A DNA stretch of 64,000 nt from Octopus sinensis (Eukaryota): assembly GCF_006345805.1 (NCBI RefSeq), contig NC_042998.1, positions 137,206,001 to 137,270,000 of the forward strand. Reading direction: 5' to 3'. Shown here piece by piece: positions 25,472-38,035 of this stretch. The translations under genes were made by a program, and so were the position numbers. How positions within the stretch are numbered: the stretch's first letter is position 1; each line of letters starts with the position of its first letter. Below the pieces are notes generated by a model. It did not search any database. It was not told the DNA's origin and saw only the letters and a list, made by a program, of their open reading frames with translations.

Positions 25472-26724
25472 CATGAGGGGTGTTCATTAAAGATTTCTCC
25501 TAACTCACTTCCCAAGGACTGGGATAAGCGAAACTTGGCATAATTATATGATTATTTGTCCTTCTCTACATAGTCACCACCAATGGTGACACACTTCTCC
25601 CATCGCTTTATGAAGCTGTGAAGACCGTGTCTGTAAAAGTCGGTAGGTTGCATCTGGAGTCAAGACTTTACCTCGGAAATAAGTTCATCATCATCCGAAA
25701 AGTGCTTTCCCTTCAAAAAAGACTTCATGTTTGGAAAGAGGTGGAAGTCAGATGGTGCGAGGTGGGGAGAGTAACAAGGATGAGGAAGGATTTTATAGCT
25801 GCATGAGTGTGCTTCATCTGGGCAGCATGCGCATTGTGAGCTGAGGAGTTGTCTTGGAGGAGGTAGACTCCTTTGATCAGCATGCCATGCCTCTCAGCTT
25901 CGATGGCGTTCCGCAATTCCTGCAACAGAGAAGCATAATATGCCTTGTCAACTGTGGTGCCCTTTGCCAGAAAATCCATCATTGCTACTCCACGCCGGTC
26001 TCAAAAGACTGTGAGCATCATCTTGCCTGCTGAGGGCTGGACACGAGCCTTCTTTGGAGGTGGAGAGTTATCATGCTTCATTGGCTTCGACTGGACTTTA
26101 GTCTCGGCTTCATAGTGATGGACCCATGTTTCATCCTGTGTGATAAGTCTGTCGAAAAAGTTCTCCGCGTTTGCTTCGCACATTGCCAGAAAAGCTTGGG
26201 AGCAACTAACTCGTTCCTGCGTCTGAAAAGGTGTGTGCATCCAGGGAATCCATCGTGCAGACAACTTATCGTCACCTGTTGGGCTACTTGCCGAATAGTT
26301 ATGCGGAGATCCTCCAAAATCGCGGCTTCCACTTTATGGATGATGTCGTCATCAATGGCGGAATATGGTCCAGAAATAGGAACAGTTTCTACCGATGTCC
26401 GACTACATTTGAACTGGCGATGCCAGTGCTTGAATATGTCGAATGATGGTGCATCGTCACCATAAACTCTTTCATTTTCATCGAAAGTCTCTTTTGGTGT
26501 GCGACCTTTCAAGTATAAGAACCTTATTACTGATCTGCTTTCAACTGCCTCCGTTATAATAGCTTTGTCCACTTCAGCAGCTGCAAAAGATAAACGAATA
26601 CTAATGGGAAACAGCAATTTACAATGTGACATGTAGAGACATGTGCAATTATACCTGTACAAGTTCCGTTTCCAGCAATAACCGGAAGTGGGTCAAGGGA
26701 AATCTTTAATGAACACCTCACGTG
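25472..26724 (-). mobile_element. Second near full-length degenerate mariner, different subfamily or lineage
   Basis: TIRs CATGAGGGGTGTTCATTAAAGATTTC and GAAATCTTTAATGAACACCTCACGTG, TA flanks; RSVIRFLYLKG, MSARWIP, ITQDETWVHHYE, LLQDNS motifs. Confidence 0.9.
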
Positions 26725-26741
26725 TATGTGTCTGTGTACAA

Positions 26742-26808
<67 letters not shown>

Positions 26809-26946
26809 AAGAAAGAGAGAGGGAGGGGGGAGATCATAATTCATAATACTTGAAATATGTACAATGCCGATAACTTTACAGATATTTATTTGAGGGACCA
26901 ACAATTCGAAAGAACCATCACTAGTCTTATACGTGTCACCGTATAT

Positions 26947-26977
<31 letters not shown>

Positions 26978-27016
26978 ATGTATGTATATATGTGTGAGAG
27001 AGAGAGGGGGGAGGGA

Positions 27017-27289
27017 GTTAGACCGTATGGCCTAGTGGTTAGGGTGTTGCACTCACAATCGCGAGATCATAGTTTCAGTTCCTAGGCCGGATGTTGCGTT
27101 TTGTTCTTAGGCAAAACACTTCATCTCACATTACGATCACTTCGACACCTGACGCGAGGTACACCGTGTATCTGTTCAGGCAACGTCGATGTGATGGAGG
27201 GACTGAGCTAATGCACAGCACATACATTTGATCGCTGTAAATAAATCAATAGTGCAAGTCATTTGGAAAAGGCTGAACGGGAGAATCCA

Positions 27290-27290
<1 letters not shown>
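27017..27290 (+). mobile_element. tRNA-derived SINE
   Basis: GTATGGCCTAGTGGTTAGGGTGTTG (A box), GTTTCAGTTCC (B-box-like), then TTAGGCAAAACACTT. Confidence 0.7.
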
Positions 27291-27330
<40 letters not shown>

Positions 27331-27844
27331 TGTTTCTATCTTCCCTAAACTCTACCGAATTAATCCAACAGCTAAATCTTGATCCTAATAGTATCACACT
27401 CCTCCTCATTCTTTCTCTCACTTTCTCTTTTTCTCTACACCTCGTCCTCTCTCAATACTCTACATCTTTACTTTCAACCCATACATCTAAAAATTTTATC
27501 TTTTGAACCTAACAATACTATTTATCACCGTAACTTAGAATAACTTAGACAAATGTCTATCAAATGCTATCCAGTCCATCCTTAACTTGTTGCCGCGTAG
27601 TTGTCTACTGTTTACACTGCTCCCGTTCCATCATATATTCAGTCATATATTCCTTTGAAGGAATACAAGAGTACACTGAAACAAATAATCAGGTGTCAAA
27701 ATTGTAATGAAATTTGGTCGAAAGCTGATGAAGGATGAATCATGTCTGCGTCCATTGAGTGCTTGTATTTTGATTATCTTTCTGTATGTTTCTTTGTCGT
27801 CCCCCTATGCCACATTATCATTATTATTATTATTATTATTATTA

Positions 27845-28010
27845 AGATAGTGAGCTGGCAGAATCATTAGCACACCGGGTGAAAAGCTTAGCGGTATTTT
27901 GTCTGCCGCTACGTTCTGAGTTCAAATTCCGCCGAAGTTGACTTTGCCGAAATCTACTAGTCCCCTCCCTGCAAAATTTTCAAGGTCTTGTGTCTTGAGT
28001 AGAAATAATA
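27845..28010 (+). mobile_element. Meta/MESC-like SINE, partial
   Basis: GAGCTGGCAGAATCATTAGCACACCGGG..GAGTTCAAATTCCGCCGAAG; follows (ATT)n. Confidence 0.8.
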
Positions 28011-28014
28011 TGCA

Positions 28015-29020
28015 GTCTTGGATCAAACGCAGACTGAGAAAGGGCGCTTGGCACCTCGAGTGCCGTCAAGCTCTCTCCGCCCTCCACCAGGTGGGCAATG
28101 TGATCGGTAGTGGTTCCACTCTAGCGTTCTATAGCGGATTAGTGGAAGAAAAGTGCGACGACGTTCTCGGGGAAACTCTAGGCGTTGACGATAACGAGCT
28201 AAACAGTCTGTTCGGGAGAACTTTCGGGCCGGGGCCAATGGATAATTTCCAAAGGTCCCTCGCTTGGCAGTGCTACCGAGGGGCTGTGCCTGTTTGGAAT
28301 AAACTCTACCGGCACGGAAGTGCCGTCACCGGGACTGCCCGAGGTGCGCCCAGGACGACGAAACCGTTCTGCACGCACCCGTCCAGTGCTCGAGTATTGC
28401 TGAACTATGGTTTATGATGAACAGCTATTGTCGCGAATAGGACGGATCCGGCTATCAGCTGAATCCATAGTGAGGATTGCCCCGCCGACCTCCTTTAACC
28501 GGGAGGGCAAGGCAGTTTTCCTTTGCCTAGTGGTTGTAGCGAAAGAGGTGATATGGTGGACCCGTTTGAAAAGGCTAAGGTCAGACACTTTCCTCTTTGG
28601 CCAAGGGCTCATCAACTTTTTCAAGTTTCACTTGAAAAGGAAGATGAGAGTAGAGAGGGAAGTGATGTCTGGTAGAAAGTTTATTGAAAGGTGGGTGAAT
28701 TGTGCAAGAATGGCCAGTATGAACGGACCAATTCTGAGGATACACCTGTGAAAATTAAAAGGAAATATAAAAGGAGAAAGGGGCTCTCTACCCCGCTTTT
28801 GACCAGGCTCCCGTGGCTTTTGTGGGTTTTTCCACGAGTAACCTTTTGAAGCGCCTCCCCCTATTGGGAGTTTTAATTGTTACTTACATTTCGTTGTTAT
28901 CCTGCTTTTGTACACGGACTTTTTCAAATGGACAAAACCCTTTGTAACTTTCGTCCTGTGTTTTGTCCCTTTATGTTTTAATTGATTTTTGTTAGCCCTT
29001 GTGGCCAATAAACGAACGAA
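28015..29020 (+). mobile_element. 5'-truncated Tx1/L1-clade LINE 3' end
   Basis: FQRSLAWQCYRGAVPV.. followed, after a frameshift, by CPRCAQDDETVLHAPVQC (zf-RVT CCHC) and AKEVIWWTR; 3' UTR ending AATAAACGAACGAA then (ATT)n. Confidence 0.85.
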
Positions 29021-29040
29021 TTATTATTATTATTATTATT

Positions 29041-29579
29041 GAGTGAGAGAGCAGTTCATGCCATCAAAGTGACACTGGGGTAAAATATACGAAGCCCAAT
29101 ATACCCATCATGACTACTCGTCTGATAAGGGTACACCAGGCACATGCATCACAACCATGTGTGCGCGACATGGTGATCTCATATCAAGATAAACAGCACA
29201 TGACCTTGCAGGTGGGGCCCAGTTAGAATTTTCTTCAAGTTGAGTAGCCCATCCCGCTCAAAAGGTCCCTGAATAAGGGTTGTTTAAGGATGTTGAACGA
29301 AACACCCATGTTTCCAGAGGTGAATTATTCAAACCCCAAAGAATCCCTCTCAACACATGGCTATGATGCTCCCCCACTACTTCTGCTCGTGATCAGAGAT
29401 GCACATATCGTCAGCCACTAAGGGACATGCTCAACTGGTTAAGGTCAAACAACTGACAAGCAAATCTGTGGTATTGAGCAGAATATTTGCTGTAGCCCAT
29501 CTTTTATACCAAGACAAAACAATGTACATGATAACACTTCCAATCAGTTAAGATCAGAAGCCATGAGAGCCACTGCCTG

Positions 29580-29580
<1 letters not shown>
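29041..29580. mobile_element. About 540-bp unclassified interspersed element between two (ATT)n tracts
   Basis: Complex sequence bounded by (ATT)n at 29021-29040 and 29581-29643; no ORF. Confidence 0.5.
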
Positions 29581-29644
<64 letters not shown>

Positions 29645-29654
29645 GCTGTTATTA

Positions 29655-30060
29655 TGAAGGCGGCGAGCTGGCAGAAACGTTAGCACGCCGGGCGAAATGC
29701 TTAGCGGTATTTCGTCTGCGTTACGTTGTGAGTTCAAATTCCGCCGAGGTCGATTTTGCCTTTCATCCTTTCGGGGTCGATAAATTAAGTACCAGTTACG
29801 AACTGGGGACGATGTAATCGACTTAATACCTATGTCTGTCCTTGTTTGTTCCCTCTGTGTTTAGCCCCTTGTGGGTAATAAAGAAATAGGTATTTCGCTC
29901 GTCGCTGCGTTCTGAGTTCATATTCCGCAGAGGTTGACTTTGCCTTTCTTCCTTTCGGGGTCGATATATTAAGTACCAGTTACGCACTGGAGTCGATGTA
30001 ATTGACTGGTCCCTTCCTCCCCTCCAAATTTCAGGCCTTGTGTCTATAGCAGAAAGGATT

Positions 30061-30092
<32 letters not shown>

Positions 30093-30210
30093 ATATTGGC
30101 GGCGAGCTGGTAGGATCGTTAGCACGCCGAACAAAATGCTTAGCGGCATTTCGTTTGTCTTTACCACCAATTTCGACTTCGCCTTTTACCCTTTCAGAAT
30201 CGATGAGCAC
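29655..30210 (+). mobile_element. Three tandem Meta/MESC-like SINE copies
   Basis: Copies start near 29655, 29890 and 30097; the first ends in TTAGCCCCTTGTGGGTAATAAAG, the second in TCAGGCCTTGTG..AGAAAGG(ATT)n. Confidence 0.85.
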
Positions 30211-33200
30211 GGTTGCGAAGCGACTTTTTTGACCACTCAATTAGGCCGGCATTCAAACAGACTAATCAGAAAACGATTTCGATTTGCTGTTCGGAGGAAT
30301 CACAATGCGAAAGACCTGGCTTTGTTGCCTTCTAATACGACCAGATGTTACGACTCGCGTGTCACCAGACAAACACACACATACATGTGTGTGCTCCGGG
30401 ACACGCACGCACACGCACATACGCGCGCGTATGCATATATTGATTAATCCGAGACTACACCAGAAATTATTCAATATATGTATTGCACTCTGGGATCGAA
30501 CTTAAAACCCCATGGCTCTTCCGATATTCCCCCCACCCCCACCTTACACCTTGTGTTTATGTATTTCAATGATCCTTCTCCTTCACTCTATTCCAGCTCT
30601 CTTTAACCAATTCAACACTACATCTACTTATTCACTTCGAGGTTTGTTCTTTCTTTATGTATTCATAAAGCGAATTTTTTAACCTGGGTCCCTAATAGAA
30701 AATCAGCAAGTGGCGGGATAAGACTGCGTTCGGGTCCCGGGGAAAAGGGAAGTTCACTCAAAATTCTAAGAAGCTGCGTTTTTGTGTGCGGGAAGGGGTT
30801 ATTTTAGGAAGGGGCCTGGTAGATTGTCACGGACCCCCTTAATAATAGCTCTCCGGGTTACCGATCGACGTACCGTCTGCCCCGCCTTGCGCATTAATTA
30901 TAATATATTACCATGGATAGGACAGTAACGCAGTTAGGATAGGCCGCCGTTCGGAACAGCCCTTGAATCTGTTCAACACCCGGACCCCCAAGCCTATACA
31001 GTCTTAAATAGTAGCCCCAAAAGTATTGCCCCATAAAAGCGTTGCTCGAAGCAGACCGTACGACTCGTACCACCACTTCATCCACCCCTAGCTACGCTAC
31101 AAGGGTAAGGACGGCATTAAATGTATAGAGACTTGGCTGTGAGTTAATGAAGATCTTTTCGTCAAGTATCAAAAGGGATTTGGTCGTTTAGTTCAATACT
31201 ATTTTACTGGTGTTTATTTTAACAACACAGGAAAAACGAAAAGGAAATTATCCAGCTGAGATCAGATGCTAAAAATGTAGGGAGAACGAGGATTGTGAAA
31301 TTCGGGTTTACTTCTAAAGCAGTAGAGAAAAAGTATTGTATTTTATTTCTTTTTCTTCTTTTTTTCCACGAGGATCGAAACTGCATCACTTAAACCTGAA
31401 GAATGCATTAATCCTGTTCTGGGCTTCTAGCCCATCTGTTTTCGAAATAAATACTCGAATACATCTATTTCAGCACGAACGCCCACTATACCAAGTAAAA
31501 CTAATAAAGAATTTTGTGGAGAGTTTGTTGATCTAGTTTCGATTTTCAATCGAAGCTATTCACTTAGATCACTAAATCCCTTTTTAAGCATGATCACAGA
31601 TATATTTTTTCTCCCCTCGAATCGAAAGCTTTGCGTTCTAAGTAATAGATAGTCGTTCTTAATTTTTCATAGATACATTAATACGTAACATTAAAAATAA
31701 AAACAGAAAACACAATTTAAAAATTAAAAACAAAATTTTGGCTGCTATTCTTGTCGTAACTGCAGTCGATCCTGACTTAGTGACCCCCATCTCACATAGT
31801 TCTTACGATATGTAAACAAAATATTGTATTAGGTTAATATTCCTTCTACTCTCTGTATTTATATGTTTCACTGAACCCGCTCCCTCACTCCGTTTCACTT
31901 CTCTCTTTTATCAATCTATATCTTACCCACTTACTCATTTTAGTCGTTCATTCTTTTCTTAATGTATTCATGTAACCTTCCACCAAGGAATCCTACCTTG
32001 ACCTGTTTTGTAATACCAATTATGGTCCGATCGCATCACTATTTGTAACCAAGTGCATATCACTACGCACTCTCACGTTTTCAATGTTACAACTCACGTG
32101 TTCGGGCACGGTTTTATTTTTGTTCATTAAATTTAAAATGTCACTCATTAAAATTCAGTGAAATTAAATCCTACTCACTGTTCATATCACATAACACTCG
32201 TTTCAACTAGCTTCGGTGCTTCAGAAGTGTTGCTTTGACGCGATAACCTAGGAACTATTTCTATTACAGCGGAGCTTCATGCCATTGAAGAAAGTGTCTG
32301 AAAGTGAAATGTTTGTAAAGAACTTGACGAGTTATGTTCAAGTTACGAGTACTTGCGTACACACACACATGAAACGTTAGAGCTGTCATTTATGTCAGCT
32401 AAATATTTTCATACCGTATCGGAAGTGATCACTGCTCAAAAAATAACTTCGGAAAACCAAGCTGGAAGATAAAAGTTATGGGATAAACCGTAAGTTGAGA
32501 AATCTCTACATTTCTTACTCTCCCTAACAGAAAATATTTTACTCGGAAATCGATGTTTGTTTACGGATAAATTAACAAACTCATCATCAACTTCATTCTT
32601 CTAATCAAATGTAACTTTTTTTTTTTTTTTTTTGAAACTTACTCTAATTAAAATACTACTCTGAAGCTATTTCAACTTGTTAAATGTATATGAAAACAAA
32701 ATAAAGTACCTTTTGCTAATATATTTAATATTGAATGTTCCTATCAATGAAAAGTGTCTCCTTAACGTTACAGCGTTGCTAATATTATTCATACATAAAT
32801 ATTGTAAATATTTTCTAACAGATCTCTGTATGATATAACATTATTGAGATGTCAGTTCTCGATGAAAATCACTATGAACCGGTTTCGATTCCTATGTGAA
32901 AATAATTAAACTTTATAATCAACAGTAGTCATCGATACACTACAATATCGACATTTCGATGATATTGCAGTGTAATGTTGTTACATCACAAAGAAAACAG
33001 CTCTTTACTTTAATGTGTTATCTTAATACAAAAACTAAAAGACTGTTTGTTTTTTAATACGTGAAATAGTATCACAAAGGATAAGGGTGCGTAAAGTAGC
33101 CCTCTCGCTTCAGCTTGTCAGCTAAAAGGACACGAGACCTCTCAGCAGCAGTGCATTAGCTCCCATTCAAGTAAGCCCTTGAATGTAATCATAACAGTTA

Positions 33201-33989
33201 GCAAACCCCGTTCTCTTTATCATAGTCTGTCCCATTAACGTTCCTGTCACACACACACACGCATTTTCAGTTCACACAGCACTTTCACTTTCTTTCTATC
33301 TATCTATCTGTCTGTCAATCTATTTCGTACTGATATACGTACATCTGTCCCACGAACGTTACATCATATTCGTTTATTTCTCTTGGTGTGCAGACTTCTC
33401 ATATTCACTCTGAAATACATTGTTATTACACTGACACAATTTTTTTCTCTCCATCATAAAAACGTACAAATACCACTACCTCTCTGTTTTATTCTATATT
33501 TTTTATCCCTCTTCTACTGACATATTACTCTCTTATTATTTATTACGACTTCTCGCATGAGTACACACTTTTCGAAGTCTGGCTTTATATCTGTTCTCCC
33601 ATTAAATCTCATTTAAACTTACTACTTTGAGTTATGATTCCGATGTAAGTAATCTTTCATTATGAGGTCATTCATAAAAGGTTATTGCACTGTAAATAAG
33701 AGTAATAGTGCTCGCTTGCATTCCACATGAATGGCTCTCTTTAGATCACTTGTACTATTGTTTAAATTTTCAAAATGGAGTGTCAACATGAAAGAAAATA
33801 ATAAACAAATACAAGATCTTTTAAGTTTGTTCGTCATATCTTCTAACTGAACACATAAATGATAGAAAGTTAAAAAAATTAAGTAAACAAAAGCCTGGGA
33901 CAACGAAATGTCTACGAGGATGTTGACAGACAATAACAAATGCCCTACATAGACAAGATCTATGACATATTGGGTAGAAGAGACAAAGG

Positions 33990-34400
33990 CACAAAACTGT
34001 TAGAGCCTGGGGACAAAATAGTTTGAGGTATTTATTCCGGTTCTCTGCACTTACGAATTCAAACCCTACCGAGGTCAACTTTATCTTTTCGGGTACCAAT
34101 TAAGAGTGCTGGATTAGTAGAATTGTAAGAGCATCAAACGAGATGCCTTGCGAGGTTTATCCGGCTCTCTGCGCTCTGAGTTCAAATCCCGTGGAGGTCA
34201 ATTTTATTTGGAGGTGGGGTGGGGCGATAAAATAAAATTCCGGATCAAGGTGATGGATCAGCAGAATTGTGAGAACATAGGACAAGGTACCTCGTGATAT
34301 TTGTTCCGGTTGCTTATGCTATGGGTTCTTGAGTCGTAAATTTTAATCTCTCACCCGGTTTAACATCACCACCACCAGCTGATCCTCGGCTTGCTGCCTT
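33990..34400 (+). mobile_element. Degenerate Meta/MESC-like SINE fragments
   Basis: CCGAGGTCAACTTTATC and GAGTTCAAATCCCGTGGAGGTC remnants. Confidence 0.6.
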
Positions 34401-35455
34401 TGCCAGTGTTCATTCATTTTGTTGAAAGTATTCGGTTTGAGGAAAACTTCCTCAACTTCCTCCCTTCTTCCCACCAGCCTCGGAGACCCTGAAAAACAAA
34501 ATGGCCATGGTCGCTACCCTTCCTTCCACGACTAAATCGAAAGAAATGTAATAAATAAATAGTGACATTAAAGAAATAGTTTCTAATTTTAATATCGAAA
34601 CTGGTTGTGAACTCAATTCGTGGAGAATATATTTCGTTGCCCCACTGCAAACTATAAATATGACAAGAAAAGATATTTTCTTGCTTCACCGCCGGGCTAT
34701 TTATTCTAAGGTACGAAAGCTAACCAACGCGGTAAGGGTGAGGATATTTTGAATAAAGTACTGTCGCACATATACAGGGCATTGCTCTCATCGTATCTGT
34801 TTGTCTTTTTCATTGTAATTCTTATACTGACTGTTATGACTCCTTTATCTTAGGATATCTCTCTGTGTGTGAGAAAGAGAGTAATTGGACTAATGGAGCT
34901 GTAGGAAACTCCCAACACAATATTTACGAATGACACTTGACACTTCAGAGATAAAAAAATTTCTAGGTTAATTTGTCACTATGAAGTTAAAAATTTTAAC
35001 GTTTTAATATCACAATCACAAAATTACGACCGCCGTATTAAAACTTCTGTATATTCTCTGAAGGGACACGAGTGTCCGAAATGCTGAATTTTCCACTCAT
35101 AATAAATCAACTTACTGTTGGTTTTGGTTTTATCTAAGAACTTTTATGGGTTAACATTAACTGACACTGTCCACCTCCAGTTCTCTCGGATTTTATATCC
35201 TATAACTGTGTCGAGTATAAATATAAGTTGCTCATGTATAATTTATAATTGCATGAAACCACGATTGTTCTACTTATATCTTTATGGATGTAGACAAGTA
35301 GTGTTATTTTAGATTGGTACAATATAAGGGTGGATCTAATTGACTGACCCGATATTAGTAGATGTTCTGCATATTACAGTTCTATATTTAAGAAATGATG
35401 AATTACGCACATTATTTACATTTAACGGATATTTGTCCTCATCTTGTTTGTTGTT

Positions 35456-35502
35456 AACACAACGTTTCGGCTGAATATACCCTCCAGTTTTCATCAGGTG
35501 TC
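35456..35502 (-). ncRNA. Inverted copy of the minimal type I hammerhead motif
   Basis: Reverse complement GACACCTGATGAAAACTGGAGGGTATATTCAGCCGAAACGTTGTGTT. Confidence 0.7.
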
Positions 35503-35660
35503 TTGGGGAAATTTCGAACCTGGGTTCTCACTCCTAAGGTATTTTTCGATGCTGTTGTTATTATTATTATTATTATTATTCCTGGAATCGATCTCGGAAT
35601 CTGGGGGTTAAGAGCGCGGGCTGCTAACCCCAAGATTCAGAGTTCGATTCCAGGCAGCGA

Positions 35661-35728
<68 letters not shown>

Positions 35729-35778
35729 GCGTCGAAAACTACCATAGGAGTGAGAACCCAGGTTCGAAATTTCCCCAA

Positions 35779-35824
35779 GACACCTGATGAAAACTGGAGG
35801 GTATATCAGCCGAAACGTTGTGTT
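35779..35824 (+). ncRNA. Minimal type I hammerhead ribozyme motif
   Basis: GACAC-CTGATGA-aaaCTGGagggtataTCAGcc-GAAA-CGTT-GTGTT: stem I GACAC/GTGTT, canonical core, palindromic ACGT stem III, GUU cleavage triplet; base of stem II mismatched. Confidence 0.7.
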
Positions 35825-37214
35825 AACAACAAACAAGATGAGGACAAATATCCGCCAAATGTAAATAATGTAGATGTTCTGCATATATTTTATTGATCTC
35901 GAGGAGACGGATGAAAGTTAAAAGTCGAATTTATCGGAATTCAAACTGAAATTGTTTACCGTCTAACCTAACACTCATTTCAATCTTTCTACTACCCAAC
36001 TACATTAAATGATGTAGTATAATTATTGAAAATTGTTCAACATTCGGTGTGTGTTATTGATTTACTTAAGCATTCATTATATTATATCAGTGTACATTTG
36101 TGATATGTGTGTATACTTATCTAATCGTAGTATTGATATTTTGATTGTCTTTATATTTTGTATGTTTTTGTATCACTGTTGATATGTTTGTCTAATGTAA
36201 TCGGGTTACAAGAAATATTTTTGTTCGTAGTTTCTCTGATCGTCTATGCCTGTTGATTCATGATTGTGAAAGGTAATGTTATGTTCATCCTATATGCCAG
36301 CAACGCCTCTACATCTATCCATCAATACAGTCCTACCAATGCTCATAATACTTTAACACGTAAATGCATATTTTTAATGTTATTGTTATTGTTTCCGTGT
36401 AAGTTATTCTACTGATGCGAATCGACCTATCGGTTGACTTTAAAGCGTTTCTATTTCCTCCATTCGATCGATTTGCCAACCACCTGCTGATGGAAATTAC
36501 AGTTATATATAAAATGTTCAGTGTCCGGAAATCGACTCTTGGATAATCGATCTATTAAAAGTAGACTCAACCTAAATTGTTCGATGTTATTGCCACACTA
36601 ACCAAAGCAAAGCAACCTTCCTGATTAACACGAACCTCATTACGTTCTTATACGTTATCTAACAAGGCGACTTACATAACCACAAGTGTTTATTAAACAA
36701 TACAATTTAGCTCTAGTTAAACAGATCTATAGAATGGTGTTGGCTTATCAAAATATTCAGTCGGTGTATATAGCCGTGATTATACCATATATGGAAAGAT
36801 TTGAAGATGGAATGGTGCTTATTAAAGTAAATTTAACTTGTAAGTTACTATGTCAGTGTTGTTTGTTCGGCAGATTTTGTTTTTTCTTTTAGTGCCGTCT
36901 ATGTCAAGATTGTTAGATTTGAGGCACTAAGAAGTTGTAAGGCTTTGGACATTGATAAAATAAACTTTTGAAACTAATGAAAAATTTAATCAGAGACGAC
37001 AGTTAGACGATAGCTGGTGTTTTCATTTTAAAATATTTGAAAAATCGATTCCTATTTCAAAACCAAAAACAAATAGATAACCCATTCGAAAAACTTGCTC
37101 CAAGAAACTTGCTTTCTTATGGCTATGATCTATTGTGTCATCGCTAAAACTTCTTGTAAGACTGGTTTTCGACTGTTAATGAAAAAAGAAATGAAGAATC
37201 GAGCATACACATAC

Positions 37215-37269
<55 letters not shown>

Positions 37270-37273
<4 letters not shown>

Positions 37274-38035
37274 CATGTAGCATCCATTATCCATGCTAGC
37301 CGAAAAGTGGGGTTTGTGTCGAAAGAAAAAAAAAATTTTTAAGGGTGGTTTGGGTGGGGGCGGAAGTCTTGCCGAGTTGGTCAGCTGTCTGGGTTCCATT
37401 TATCTGTTTTGACATAGTTTCTACGGCTAGATGCCCTTCCTAATTCTGACCACTTTACAGAGTATCCTGGATGCTTTTTAACGTGGCACCGGCACGAACG
37501 CTTTTACGTGGCAACGACATGGGTGTTTTACGTAACACCTGCACCCATATGCCCGCGAGACTAGGTTCTCTCAACTGAGAGATGGACACGGAAGACATGC
37601 CTGTATGTCTGGATGACCCCAATTGTACTTAGCTTGACGTATCTTCTCAAGCACTACAAACTGTCAGAAGTCTTGATCCCTTGTTATCTTCTATGTGAGG
37701 CCCAACATCAGAAGAGTCTTTTTCACCACTTCGTCCCATGTCTTCCTGAATCTACCCCTTCCACACGTTCCCTCCACAATTAGAAATCGGAACTTCTTGG
37801 TGCAGCTGCTCTCATCCATACACATCGCATGTCCATACCAGCACAGTCTTCTCTTTTGCACACATATATCTGATACTTTGTATACCCAATTTTTCTTTCA
37901 AATCATATTCTGCCGTACATGCACACTGACATTACCCATCCAGCGGAACATACTAGATTCATTTGTTTCAAGCCTTTGCATATCCTCAGTAGTAACAATC
38001 CATGTATCACTGCCGTGGAGTATAGCTGATACACA
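37270..38035 (-). mobile_element. RTE-clade LINE 3' end (C-terminal coding region plus 3' UTR)
   Basis: ILHGSDTW..MQRLETNESSMFRWM..RRLCWYGH..VEGTCGRGRFRKTWDEVVK; the UTR is shared with short copies elsewhere in the window. Confidence 0.85.

Larger units (their letters stand above)
35375..35869. mobile_element. tRNA-head + (AAT)n + hammerhead element as a fold-back, with 17-bp target-site duplication
   Basis: Left and right halves are reverse complements around a 14-bp centre; GTAGATGTTCTGCATAT at 35358-35374 and 35870-35886. Confidence 0.8.

Noticed and set aside
24086-26724. SETMAR-like host gene
   Set aside because: Only mariner transposase fragments with TIRs, frameshifts and stops; no SET domain.
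27017-27090. tRNA-like sequences here and at about 1970-2045, 10745-10800, 35605-35665 and 43270-43346 as tRNA genes
   Set aside because: A and B boxes are present but no complete cloverleaf, and each runs into a SINE body.
33705-33716. GTGCTCGCTT match to the 5' end of U6 snRNA
   Set aside because: Only 10 nt; similarity does not continue.
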